From the NCBI RefSeq assembly GCF_006345805.1, contig NC_042998.1:95604001-95668000 (forward strand): DNA of 64,000 bases. The letters run 5' to 3'. Under the pieces are notes generated by a model. That model had not been told where the DNA came from and ran no database searches. It saw only the letters and a program-made list of their open reading frames with translations. Source of the DNA: Octopus sinensis. Its lineage: Eukaryota. Below are positions 38,206 through 52,169 of this stretch, in pieces (the first letter of the stretch is position 1; each line of letters begins with the position of its first letter). Made by a program: the position numbers and the translations under genes.

Positions 38206-38271
38206 ATATGTATATATATATACATATTCATACATATTCATACGTATACGTACATATATATGCATACATAC

Positions 38272-38359
<88 letters not shown>

Positions 38360-39029
38360 CACACACACACATACATACATACATACATACATACATACAT
38401 ACATACATACATACATACATGCACACACACACACACGCACACACACGCACACACACGCACACACACATATATATATAAATATATATTTGGTATTATTTAT
38501 TCATCATTTCACGTGTTTTATTTGCTAATAAGAGTTACAGAATTGTACATATAGGAGAAACATGTAAGATACCACGTATTCTAAACTCTTCATATAGTTA
38601 ATAAAATAATATTAATAATGCATTACTTGATTCTCTTTCTGAAGAGTTTCTAATAGGGTAGAATTGCTGTTGTGTTTGTAGTTAGGTAAGACAATTTTTT
38701 GAGGATTTTAGCAATGTAAATTAACAATTCTAATCACAGCATTGTGTAATTATCGTAATGGTTAATGCACTGCTATGATACATATAATGTTATTGAGCTA
38801 GCTATAGATACAAAATAGCATTAACCACGCTGTTTCATTTACGACTTCCCTTTTTATACCTCTATTACTTTAAATGAGGCATCTTTATTGGAAACGTAGG
38901 GTAAAATATTACCATAGTTATAATTATGATTCCTTGCTGACAAACGTCAGATCATCGTTAAACAGTATGCACTAATTTGTTCGCTTGACAAATTTGTTCG
39001 CTTGACCCATATATCTTAATCCTTATTTT

Positions 39030-39700
39030 ACAGAGCGGGTAGCACCCATGCATCGAGTTTTTGGGCCTTACTCATCGAGTGAAAATGATGGGGGTCGATA
39101 TCATGAGAGCATCCCATCTGCTGGATCAATTTGCAAGAGGACTGGCGCAGATCCTGGAGGATAAGCTCGTTCAATCGATCCTCATTGAACTAAACACGTT
39201 GGCCGGAACGCAGTGGATCTATGATATCAACTTTCCTAACCTTGAAACGTGAAAACCGTTTTCATGCAGTTCTTTCAATAATTGCACCTACTCCATATAC
39301 AGCACAAATGTTTCGAGCGGCTTTGGAACCTTGAATGAAAGCAAAGAGAAGTAGGTGTAAAATGTGCTAATTTTTCAACATACCGTTCCATCGCCAGGGG
39401 TAAACTTCATTCAAATTTCAAAAGTAATAAACAAAAGTTGTAGAAGAAGAATAGAGCTGAAAAGCAACATAAAACACCACGATATGCATATTTCGTGTTA
39501 AATAAAATAACACAGGAGAAATACGAGCAAATCTATTCTGACAAATATCATATGTTTCATTAGTGTCTTTCTCTTTCATAAAGCTAACACTTTAAATGAG
39601 GGCATCTTTATTCGAGATGTAGTATAAATATTACTATAATCATACTATAATTAATTCCCGTGCTTGCTGACTAATATCAGATCAACGTAGGGCGGTGTTG
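39030..39700 (-). pseudogene. Mariner transposase 5' remnant
   Basis: Minus strand HLLLFAFIQGSKAARNICAVYG...FNEDRLNEL...HSMSKAQKLDAWV (WVPHAL-like), with stops. Confidence 0.8.
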
Positions 39701-40039
39701 ATATTGGTACTAAAATAGGTAATTGTTCGATGTTATTGTGAAGGGAAATAATTGAACAATAACTCAATGAAAAAAAATACTCAACGAGTTCAACATACAT
39801 GCATTTGTGCAGCAAATACAAGCCTGTTTAGCGAGAAACTATTTCAAAACCCACGCCCATACTCCAAATATTCTTCATACAAAGATGGATGATGGGTCAG
39901 CGATTCAAGTACTGCTTACCCACGTCGTCCTCAATGATTGGCCCAGTCCATCGCGTAGGAGATAAGTTCAATGAAGAGTCATATATCGCTAGCAGAATGT
40001 ATGAAAGCACTGAACAACTACTTTCAGTTGTAGAGTTAA

Positions 40040-40188
40040 CCCTTTGAGCCCAGAACACCAGTTTACCGGTGGATGGCTTATTTTTCTCTATACCGTAGCT
40101 CTATACCTTAGCACCGTTCTATACCGTAGCATCGGTGAAGTGCCAGGTATATGGTAAAATAAAGTTCAGGAGGTCAGGGCTCAAAGGG
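40040..40188. mobile_element. piggyBac-like MITE
   Basis: TTAA|CCCTTTGAGCCC...GGGCTCAAAGGG|TCAA. Confidence 0.7.
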
Positions 40189-40575
40189 TCAATTCTCGCA
40201 GACTTTGGACTCTTCCCTTTTGAATTATTCTACACCAGCTAGTTTAATTCATTTCTACGGCTAAGGGGTGGGGGCGTAACTGTAATTTTCTTTCTTCTCT
40301 TTCTCTTCTTTATCCGTTTTTATCACATTTTGTCAGTTCATTCTGCATCAGCCTTCTCATTTTTTTTCTCGTGGTTTCCATTGTACCAGCGTCCTGATTA
40401 TCAAATAGACACACACACAAAAAAAAAAAAAACATGTGCCCAGAGCCCTGAGATTGGTAGGAGACACAATGCACGTTTTATAAATCTACCTGACCTCGGG
40501 TTTCAATGGCAAGAAACAGTCAGTAGCATTTATTTGAAAGTTGCGTACATTAGATAATATATATATCTATATCTA

Positions 40576-40703
<128 letters not shown>

Positions 40704-41792
40704 TACTTGTCCTGTTTACTTGTCCTGTTTACTTGTCTCTGTTTACTTGTCCCGTTTTCCATATTTTTCTCTCGATCTTTACGTATTTAACCCGTTTGTC
40801 TACGTTTTTCATATTGTTTACACAGTGGGTGACGTCCTGTACCCATATATGCATGTGTGTGTGTGTGTGTGTGTCTATGTATGTATGCACACACACACAC
40901 ACACACACACACACTCGTGTAAAAGTCGAATTTTATAGACCGTTTTTAAAGGTCAAATTTGTGGGGTCGACAATTACATGGATACTACTTTTCAGGGAAC
41001 AGAATTCAAGCTAGAATCCGAAATACCGTATCAGTAGCAGAAGCTCAACTAATTTCTAAGCAAAAAAAAAAGCACAATGAATTACGGTAATATTACCAAT
41101 TCTTTGCTTCAAAACACACATCCTAGTAAATAAGGAAACCCATAAACAAGACCGCGTAACTCATTTAAATAATTACACTTTCTCTTTTATTTGTATCCAT
41201 CAAATTTAACAGACTAGCTGAGTGAAATCAATTTATATCTCATAATTATATTATATTATCACCGGTAATATATCTACCCGGCACCAGCATGCTACTACCT
41301 GCCGTAATACTGTGCACGCAGCTGATACTTATTCAGCGTGTTTTACAGCATAACTCTTCAATAACATTTCACTATTTTCATCTTCATGGTTAAAGTCATA
41401 CCCATCACAAGTGTATTAGGGCACAGTATATTAGTGGTGCAGTTTTTTTGCTGATTAATTAAATGCAACTTAATGTTTTAAAGACCAAAATTGATAAAAG
41501 AAGTAGAAGCACAACACCAATTTTCACCGCCACCAGTCTCCACCGAAAACGTTTCCTTTTTCGTGGCTGGATTAAAGACTACCATGTCAATTTCTTTGTT
41601 GCATTTATGTTTTTAATAAATTCAGTGAATCTTAAGGCCCAAAATATAAAACAAATATCAAAATAATTAATAATGTCAATAAAAACCAATAAACTATCAA
41701 ATTTTTTATTAATGCAAACAAAAAGTGAAGTAGAAATTTACGGTAATACAGCTTTAAATTACAATTTCGGTACATGGTACATCTTGAACGTT

Positions 41793-43128
41793 TTACACAC
41801 AAAAGTTTATTAAAATCTTGAAAAAATCACGTTGTTCATCGCGTTCAGCACTGAATAAATCTTCATAATCATCAGGATGAATGATATCATCGTAAGGATT
41901 CTCTTCATCTTCATCTTCGCTGTCCATAGTTAGAGGTAGCACATCATCCACTTCTTCGTCATCCCATAGACAATCGTCTTCTGTACTATCCAACGCATTC
42001 GAAATTTCACATTTCTTGAATGATCTAACAACTTTTATTTCCTTCCATGAATCAACAGTCCATTTACAGATCAGAGGGAGTGATGAAGCCTGCATACTAC
42101 CTCCTTTCGTGTGCGTTTTTTCTCCACCACGCATCCAGTTATTCCACTTGATTCTCATCATGTTCTTAAATGGCTTATTAATGCTAACGTCTAATGGTTG
42201 CAAAACACTTGTAAGTCCGCCGGGAATTATAGCTATATCAGTATTTTGTGACTGGAGGCTATCAGCAACATTCTCCACTAGGTGTGTCCTAAATTGATCC
42301 CATGCGAGCAAACTCTTTTCCTTTCGTAGTCCACCACGTCCTAAATTCCAAACTTCCATTATCCATTTTCTACAGCTACCTTCATCCATTCATCCTTGTC
42401 TATGCACATGGATGACAATTCCTTTAGGAAATTTCTCCTTCGCCACAGTTTTTTCTCTTAAAAACAACAATCGCTTTTAATTTAGTACCACCAGCCATAC
42501 ATGAAAGAAGTAAAGTAACCTTACTTTTTTTGTGGCCAGTAGTTCTCATGAATATTGTTTTTTCTCCTTTTCGATTCCCAGTTCGATTCTCTGGCATGTC
42601 AAGAGTAACAGGCGTTTCCACCATGTTTCCAATACATGATAATACATACCCCTCTTTCTTCTGATTTCTGATTACAAACCGATGAAACTCTGTTAACTTA
42701 TCATCTAGATCAGTAGACAGCTTTTGTGCGATCTTAGTTCTCTACCGAAGTACTAAGTTATAGCGTCTCATGAACCTAGTGCACCACCCAGCACTTGCTT
42801 TAAACTCTGAAATTCCACCTTCTTTGATTCCTTTCGAGCATGAATTCGGATGGCTTCACGAGTAATACACTTTCCATTTTGACGATTTTCAAGTAACCAC
42901 TCTGCAACTTTTTTCTCCAATTGTGGCCACTTGCTAGGTTTTCCCCTGTTAGCAATTTTCCTTTTGGCGTTGTCTGAAGTTTGTTTGATATCTTTCTCCA
43001 GTCTCTCACAAGTTTCTCTGGAACCCCAAATTCTCTTGCTGCTATACAGTTATTCGTCTTCTCAGCAACTTCAATAACTTTTAGTTTAAATGCTGCTGCA
43101 TATTTGTTGTTTTTTTTCTGGGGGGCAT
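41793..43128 (-). pseudogene. pogo-superfamily transposase pseudogene (Brinker-type DBD, CENP-B HTH, DDE_1; DD35D, Passer-like)
   Basis: FKLKVIEVAEKTNNCIAAREFGV...VRDWRK; NMVETP (D to V); LLAWDQFRTH...QPLDVSINKPFK with 35 residues between the last two Asp; frameshifted. Confidence 0.85.
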
Positions 43129-43724
43129 TTTTACGTAAAATGACGGGAAAATTTTAACCCCTCAACTATATGACTGTATTCCACGCGTGCTATACAGAAG
43201 CTAGGTCAGCTGAGCTACAAAGAGACATTATTACCTGACTCTGACCTGATATCTTAAAATTTTCACGCCAAATTCCTTCATTGCCCTCTGTTTTTTCACC
43301 TACGTTTTTAAAAGCATTTTAACCTATTTTTCTCCGATAAAAGTTACCAGTTTGACTCCCATGCAGTTCCATAGATCATTGTAGCTGGGAGGAATCGACA
43401 AAAGCTGCACATCAAATCGAATCCTGCATTAAAGCAGGAGGGAATACCAGTACAAATTATGTTGTGCCATGAAACAAGAACAGTAGTAAAAAAAAAAGAT
43501 CAGTATGAAATTTACAGCAATAATACAACGTTAATGCATTTCCGCCTAAGTGCTATCGTATTCACGCCCACGATCAGTTGCTATTTCCTGGAATCCGTTC
43601 GACACACAATTCTTATAATGTCCTGTTCTGTGTATATGTTGTCCCTCACAGAAATGAAAAAAAAGTTGCAGGATACCATGTGCAGTTATCAGTAAATGTC
43701 CAGTGTAGAGGTTTTAATCTGGAG

Positions 43725-43843
43725 CAAGGATCCCCAAAGTGTGTTCTGCAAAACCCTAGAGTTCTCTGGAAGTTATCAGGGGTTCCTCGTTTTTAAAAAT
43801 AATGTCGAAGGATTCCGCGGCCAAAAAAGTTTGGGAATCACTG
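43725..43843. mobile_element. hAT (Charlie-like) MITE
   Basis: CAAGGATCCCCAAAGT...AAAGTTTGGGAATCACTG; flanks ATCTGGAG / ATCTAGCG. Confidence 0.6.
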
Positions 43844-44165
43844 ATCTAGCGATTAACTAGATGTTTTTAGGTTTACTGAAGTCATGCTGCTGTACGAATT
43901 CATACAGTGGTGTTTGCTGTTGTTCGTCGATGGTGCTGTCTGTGAAACGCGTTTCTTACCAGGTAATCAGACAAGTGTAAGACGTATATGTTTATTGTAT
44001 TTGGAGACCGATAGAATAAGTACTAGGCTTACAAAGAATAAGTCCTGGGGTCGATTTGTTCCACAAAAAGCGGTGCTACAGCATTGGCCGCAGTCAAATG
44101 ACTGAAACAAATAAAAGAATAAAAGAATATAATATACACATACATACGTGTGTGTGTGTGTGTGT

Positions 44166-44218
<53 letters not shown>

Positions 44219-45238
44219 GTGTATGTGTGTGTGGTGTATACACACGATATATGAAAATATATGTACATAGGCATTTGTGTGATTTTATCTATTATGTCGA
44301 AATTATTGTTTGCGACCCTTTTTCTTATTATACTGTTATGTTTAAATCATCTTAGCAAGAATATATTTTCTAGAAACTTGTACCGTATATTTGATATATG
44401 TACATAATGAATATTGTTTGCTTACATTCAAAACCTACAACCAAAACAAAAGATAGAATGGTAGTAACTGTACATATAAGTTTATAAATAAACAGAATAG
44501 ACGAATTTAAAAGTGACTAATAGCAACTCGAGTAAAGAGGTCAAATCACATTTACCCAATAGTTTCATATATTAAAGTGTACAAGAAAGCGACATGAGAA
44601 AAAAATGAGTACAAATTTGCCAGTAGCAATTTCAATATCTGCAGTAGAACTTGGTCAGTGGCTAGGGAACAAAATAATGGCGAAAAGTTTTATACTTCAC
44701 GAAATAGATAAAAAAAAATAGATATAATAGCATTTGTGGTATTCAATGAATATATTGTCTCTTTCACGATATGATGGCTGCGTGGTTCAGAAGTTTGTCA
44801 TGATTTTCAATAGTAGCGTTAGACAGAAGGACCTGGCGTTTGAAAATTTATTTTTCATTATTTATTTCTGGAATGATCATTGCTCAAATTGACATCGGTT
44901 GAAATACAGTGTAGTTGGTTGAAGCTGGTCACAACGTCAGAGGGTCATCTGACTATATGAATATTGTTGGCCTAATACAACCTTAACTTTGGGCGCAGCT
45001 ATCATTCTTGTTACATGATCCTTTAACTGAGTGAACAGCTTCAACTAACGAAACTATGCCTCAACTGATTGCAATTTCACTCATACTTTCTCCGTAAAAA
45101 GAAAGTACTGAAATTTCAATCACAGTCGAAAAATATGCGGCATGGCTCCAATCCATTTGATGTTATTCTTTGAAAATCAGGAAATTGTAAAACCAGTTAA
45201 TACAAATAAATCTTTTTAAGTACTCTAAGTGTATTTTC

Positions 45239-45269
<31 letters not shown>

Positions 45270-45924
45270 AGTTTTTGTGGGGAGAAAGATTCCTCTTTGA
45301 AGGAATGTTTACATCCAAGCATCCTCCGGTTTAATCCTATATATCAATCCTATACATTTTGCGGTATAATTTTTATTAATATATCATAAAAAAGAAAAGA
45401 AAATAGTCAGTTGATGGACACTCATTAGGATGAACATCTATTAGGATGTAAACACTTTCGTGTCAATTTTTGCCCTGAAGAAATACCTACCTTCGTTATC
45501 TGGCTACGAAAAATTCTAATTTTAAATCGTAACTTGAATGAAGTTCGATATGGAAACAATTGTAGGCTTATATAGTTGACATCATGTAAATAAATTGATA
45601 TGATCATTTCAAACTCTCCATTTTCTTCTTTATGATATACATATATAATTGAAATATATCCATAAACATTATACACACAGGCATGCATGTACATACACAT
45701 GCATATATACACACACGTATCCATATAGACATATATAAATCAACGATTAAACTATTGCGGGAAAAAAAGAAAGAAATCATAGAAAATGAAGTGACATTAA
45801 GATTTAAATGAATTTTTGAGTCAATGCTTTATTTCTCTTCATTATTTCATTACTGAAAACGAATAAGACGTGATTATTCTGTACTTATGCATTAAATATA
45901 TTGTACTTTACTTATTTTGATTTC

Positions 45925-46520
45925 TTTGGTCATTTTCCCCCCACGACTGTTTAATTTTCCTAGTTGTGAGTTCCTGAATCTGTTGCCCGTATACCGTCAT
46001 TCTGTCCCCCAAAGTCAAGCTCGTTTGATCTACATAATCTCCACCACACCATTCTACCTTTGAGAACATAAATTAAATTCTTCGATACACAGGTGAAATG
46101 ATTTTTTTTTTTATGGCGAATGTTTGCCCTGGCGTGAATTTATATGTTGAACCTTCCATAAGTTTGGTGCAAGGTCTGCAATTAAGGCAATTACATCTTC
46201 TTTTGACTCTCCAGGTTATATTGTGGTAGATAATTTGGCGCTTGTAAGTAGCAGTATAGAGATGTAGTTTGTCTTTTACTATTAATAATTTTATGTGTCT
46301 CAAATGTTTTTTTGTTCGCAGGTCGTTCATTAAAAGGGGTGTATTCTGATGGATGATGTATGCTTTCATGTTTCTTGTATTGTGTCGATACATAACGTAA
46401 ATTGCTAAGTGTAGCAGGGTTTTTCTCTTGTTTTTGTAGGTTCTTTGACATAATCAGCTCATGTAAACATATGTTTTATTCCACTTTTGCTCATTATGTA
46501 AAGTCTTTATAATTTTTAAT
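45925..46520 (-). pseudogene. Penelope-like element ORF remnant (linker plus GIY-YIG endonuclease)
   Basis: CNCLNCRPCTKLMEGSTYKF, KNLIYVLK, GDYVDQTSLTLGDRMTV; frameshifted. Confidence 0.75.
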
Positions 46521-47279
46521 TCTGGATAAATCTCTTACTTAAGTATGTATGAACCATTTACTTTTTCCTTGTAGCATATTCTCTTTCTATAAACATACTT
46601 TCCTCCACCGCTACTCCACCTCTAATTCTTTACCTGAACGCTTATCTCTTTCTGCCTCTTTATCTTCTCAATTGATATTCCTAACTGATTTATGGTCTAC
46701 TTAGGATTAACTTGACAACCAGTGATGATGTTCAATTTCGAAAAGCTGATTTTAACATTATCTTCTCTCCCCCTTTCTCTTTCTGTTTCTTTTATTTTAC
46801 ATTTGTTCCTTTCTTCTTATGTTGTAATTCTTCTTACTCTTTCTTTGACACTTAAATCTCGTCCTGCTTTCTCTTTACCTTCAACTATTTAAATTTTCTA
46901 GCATTACTATATGAAATTCATTTGCCAATCTCTCCTCGATGAGGAGAGCCGGACTTATTGTAATATCTTCATGAGACAGGTTACTAGTTACACAACCACG
47001 ACGTTTTGCACATTTCGTCTCAAGATTATGTACACGCACGTGCAAACACAAGTGTGCACGTGTACATACATGTACACGTACGGGCGCATATGTATATGGG
47101 CACGCACTCGCGCACACGTACGCCTGCACAACACATCCGTGGGCATGCATAATGCCTCATTTAAAGTAATAAAGGTACACAGCCACGCACATGCGCGAGC
47201 ACATATACTTGTGTGGTCATGCACAACGGGTGATGTACAAGAGGTGAGAGTATGAGGGTAGACAGGCATGGAGAAGTGT

Positions 47280-47521
47280 TGGAGATATATATATATATAT
47301 ATATATATACATACATACATACATACATGCATACATATATATATATATATATATAGATATATATATATACGCACACACACACACATATATATATATACAT
47401 ATATATATACATACATATAGATATATATATATATACCGCACACACATATATATATACACATACACATACATATTATATATATACATAAATATACATATAT
47501 TATATATACATAAATATACAT

Positions 47522-47554
<33 letters not shown>

Positions 47555-47614
47555 ATATATTTATGCATACACACACACACACACACCACACACACCACAC
47601 ACATATATATATAT

Positions 47615-47646
<32 letters not shown>

Positions 47647-47852
47647 CATATATATATACATATATATACATATATTATAATTTATAAACAAAGGGCAAAA
47701 GAAAAATATTCTATGCCAATATGCTGAGAACAGACTTCAAATATTTTTTCTTTTGCCCTTGTTTATAATTTTCACCTTTAAAGATATTTTAATATGCTAC
47801 AACTTTTGATGAAATTTTTTCTTGAAAAAATTTTATCTTATATTAGTAGTAA

Positions 47853-47884
<32 letters not shown>

Positions 47885-47930
47885 GTATATATACATATGT
47901 ATACATATGTATACATACATATACATACAT

Positions 47931-47988
<58 letters not shown>

Positions 47989-48040
47989 CATACATATATA
48001 TATATTATATATATATATATATATTATATATATATATATA
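47280..48040. repeat. Compound (TA)/(CA)/(TACA) microsatellite with an 87-bp palindrome at 47682-47768
   Basis: Direct reading. Confidence 0.85.
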
Positions 48041-48385
48041 CATCACTCCTTTACGCCATTTGGGCTCAACTCTCTTTCTCTCTTTTTCTCCCTTGTTTCC
48101 CTCTTCTCTCTTACTCTCTTTCTCTCTTCTCTCTTACTCTCTCTCCCTCTTCTCTCTTCTCTCTTTCTCTCTTACTCTTTCACCCTCTCTTTCTCTCTTT
48201 TCTCTTAATCTCTTTCTCTCTTCTCTCCTTGTTTCTCTCCTTGTTTTTCTGTGTCCCTTTCTGTAGAAGAGCATAGGCTCGAAACGTAAAAGACTTTTTC
48301 TATTCCTGAGCGTTATACTAATACATCTGTTTGTTTTGTACACCACCTGTCTCCGTCTTTTGTTTTTTTTCGTAAACTCTCCCTA
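48040..48385 (+). mobile_element. PLE-like terminal fragment with hammerhead-like motif
   Basis: CTTT-CTGTAGA-AGAGCATAGGCTC-GAAACGTA-AAAG at 48257-48292. Confidence 0.55.
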
Positions 48386-48509
48386 TACACATAAGCACAT
48401 ACATACACACACACACACACACATATATATAAATATATAAATATATATACATAGATTCATACATACACATACATACATACATACATACATACATACATAC
48501 ATACATACA

Positions 48510-48543
<34 letters not shown>

Positions 48544-48842
48544 CATACATACATATACAAACATGTATATAAATACATATTGAAAGTAATTGAAATCGAA
48601 AGCATATAAAAGTGAAAGTATTAATTGAGATGTTATTGTTTCACTTTTGACACGCAATACGGAAACAGTGTAAGAAATAAGAGATTGATCCGGGTTCTCA
48701 TTAGGCATGAAGTTGAAAATTATTTTGGGCCATGACACTGCATAGACCCAAAGTAAGGCATGTGTAAGGAAATCCCTTGGGTAGTTCTCGAGTTTTAATG
48801 ATTCACACATACAGACAGACTGACAGATAAACACACATTCTC

Positions 48843-48946
<104 letters not shown>

Positions 48947-49639
48947 TATATTTGTATACTTCCCTTTGTTCTTTTTCATTGGGTTACATATTCTCCCGGA
49001 TATTTACTGCGTGACCGGCAAGGCCACTAAGTGTTTTCACATTTTTTCCTCAATCCTTCACTTCTGTAAGCCCCATACATCCTTATACAGTAGGACATGC
49101 ATGCGTAGCCACTCCCATTGCTAATCAAAACCTGAATACAAACCTGCTTTCAAAGAAATAACTTTAACCTATCACCTAACCAGTTAGGTCCTCAATATGC
49201 GCGTTCGAACTACTAGAAATAACAACCTGCGTCTCTCTCAAACTACAGTCTACCGTCCAAATGATGGAAAGTATTTATAAAACAGCCTTAAATATTCTAT
49301 CTGATTAGCAGAAGAATGGCCACGGCTGGAACACTTTTTTAATTGTAGGTCTGCTTAATCAAGGCAGCTCTGTGTCTAAACAATTGGAATAACAAAAATA
49401 TAGGCGTGGCTGCGTGGTTTAGAAGCTTGTTTTGTAACTACGTGGTTTCAGGTTCAGTCCTACTGCACGTAAAACTTGGGCAAGTGTCTTATTCTATAGC
49501 CCCAGATCAGCCAAAGCCTTGTGAGTGAATTTGGTAGACAGAAGCATGTTGTATATATATATATTGTTCTAGAGAATGTTGTACAAATACAAAGCAAAAG
49601 TCAAACATAAAGTAATAATAATCATAAAAATAATAAAAG

Positions 49640-50640
49640 CCGTGCTTTTACGTTTTTTTCTACTTGTTGAAACTCGTGGAAGGGACATCGCCCATTAACT
49701 ATGCGAGGTCTCCGAGACCAATATGACTGATAGCGTTGATGTTCTGTTTAAACTGTTGCAAGTCAGTACTTGCAGAATATACATGAGAAGAGAAGGGATT
49801 CTGGAGGGCCTATGTTCTGGGTTAGAAGCATTGGGTATAGTGGTTAGTGAGGAGAGAGAAGTGTTGAATACATCAGTAGTCGCAAGGGGGTGGGCACGAA
49901 TGGGCCAGGGAGCGTAAGTGACGGAAGGAAGTGACCAACTAGATCTGAAGATCAGAGGCCATTATAATAGCGATAGGAGAGAGAGAGAGAGAGAGGGAGA
50001 CAGACAGACAGACAGACAGACTGATAAGCAGCTAGACAGAGAGGAGATAACTGTCCTATTGGCAAAAGACAGGAGTGTGTTCGGTAGTGATGGGGTGCCA
50101 ATTAATCCAGTGGCTCTTTTCTGGATGCGATCTAGACAGTCAGTGTGCATGTATGTAACTTCCACACATGGGAGCAGTATTCCATTGGCGGCCTCACCTG
50201 AGCTTTGTACATTATGAGCAGCTGTTGGGGCTGAAATATTTTCTGGCTCTGAAATGAAGAACTAATCTTTGGGATACAGTCCGAGCTTTAGCTTTCCCAA
50301 AGATGTACTTTCGGCGGAAGAGATCTTTGGTGATAACGAGGCCCAGTATTATTATTTGGAGCGATTACGAGGGATCTAGCTGGTGTGAATAATGCTTGAG
50401 GTTTCTCTTCTGTTTTTCTTTTTTTTTTTCGCTTTTGTTTCCTGTGAAAAGAGAGAACTCTGGCATGGCCCCACTGGAGGATGCTCTCAAAGTCCCCCTT
50501 CGTGGAATCAATGGAGATTTGGTGTTTGGTTGAAACAGAGTTAAGGATGGTTGGGTGCGGCGAATGAGAGTGAGCATTGTTGACTGAGACAACATGTAGA
50601 TCATTGAATTGACACTGACGTACACGAAATTGTTACCGTT
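49640..50640 (-). pseudogene. CR1/L2-group LINE reverse-transcriptase 3' remnant
   Basis: LDRIQKRATGLIG...TLLSFANRTVISSLS; heavily decayed. Confidence 0.6.
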
Positions 50641-51029
50641 GTCTATGTGGTTACTAGCATCGATACGCTCTTGAGCTTACTAATCCTCCATCAAGTAAAA
50701 CATGAAGAGTATGATTGCTGGATGAAAGGACTGATGTAACGGTTGGCTGGCGCGCATTTTCAGCAGAGTTGACAGCAGCAATATGAAAGGTAGTGCTTCG
50801 CTCAAAGACATAAAGTGCCACTCGCTGAAAGATTCGAACCCACTATCTTATGACTTTAATGTTAACACTTTAGTCACTAAGCTACACACCTTCCCAGCGT
50901 CAAACATGTACTATAAACAATTCCTAGTACACACACATGTACACACATACACATACACGTACACACACACACACACACACATGTATGTATGTCATTATGA
51001 GGTTTATTTCAAGATTTCTTGCCAATAAA

Positions 51030-51100
51030 TAAGGAACTGGTTTCTAACCTAGATCCAAAGCTCCTTCATCGGAATTTCAACATCAACAACAGGGTATTTT

Positions 51101-51132
<32 letters not shown>

Positions 51133-51720
51133 TGTATGTATGTATGTATGTATGTATGTATGTATGTATGTATGTATGTACGTATGTATGTATGTATGTA
51201 TGTATGTATGTATGTTTGTTTGTATGTACAGATTTCTATATTATATGTATGTATTCTCATACATATAGTTGCATATCTAGACATGCTCATATATATTTAA
51301 ATGATAAACTTCTGGAAAGTTTTATAATTTTTTACAGTTCCAGTGATGGATTGGATATGTAGTCTTCGAATTAGCTTTCTTCTTTCTGGTTTTGAGGGGC
51401 TTAATTTTTCAGGATTGGTATTTAGGCAGTGTGTTACATATTCCAGGGCCCCAGTAATTACAGGTATAAACCTGAACTTGTAATCTGGATAGAGTAACTA
51501 CCTATTTCTCAATAGTTCAGCATAGGTGTTCTCTTATTAGCTGATCTTCAGCTTTATGTTAACATCCACTGGGAAGCTAATTTCCACAACTGTGCACAGT
51601 TTCTCTTTTCAATCCCAAATCATTATATCAGGTCTGTTGTGCTTACATTTTATTGAGGTCTCCACTGGTACATTCCACCAGTATTCCTTTTTATTATGAG
51701 TGGCTATGGCTTCGTATGTA
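51030..51720 (-). pseudogene. R4/NeSL-type LINE 3' remnant with restriction-like endonuclease domain
   Basis: EYWWNVPVETSIKCKHNRPDIMIWD...LCTVVEISFPVDVN...FIPVITGALG; 3' UTR contains (TACA)n. Confidence 0.75.
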
Positions 51721-51768
51721 TGTATGTATGTATGTATGTATGTATGTATGTATGTATGTATGTATTTA

Positions 51769-51800
<32 letters not shown>

Positions 51801-52169
51801 GCGCATACAAATGACAATATACTACGAGTTACTTAATCGCTTGTGACAGCCCTGGAACATTCACATCCTATGTAGGAGACAGTAAATGCAATAAAACAAA
51901 CTCACCGAAGACACTGACATACACCATAGTTCACATTTGTATATTACTGCACATTTTACATATCACAGGCTACACACGGACTACGTACTCAATGAACAAA
52001 TATACGTAAAATAAAAGACTTTAAGGACAAGCGAGAGGCACAGTTGTTGTTGTGGTTGATGGTAGTGGTGATGGTGGTGGTGGTGGTGGTGGTGGTCTTG
52101 TTGTTCAATCTCAAGTCAGTCCTGATCAAGTCGGTCCCGATCAAGTGTGTATGTATATATGTATGTATG

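Noticed and set aside
39030-39252. Plus-strand exon or ORF MGLTHRVKMM, neuropeptide-like in another frame
   Set aside because: The minus strand is clearly mariner transposase.
45440-45500. Hammerhead near CCTGAAGAAA
   Set aside because: No convincing stem II or properly placed NUH.
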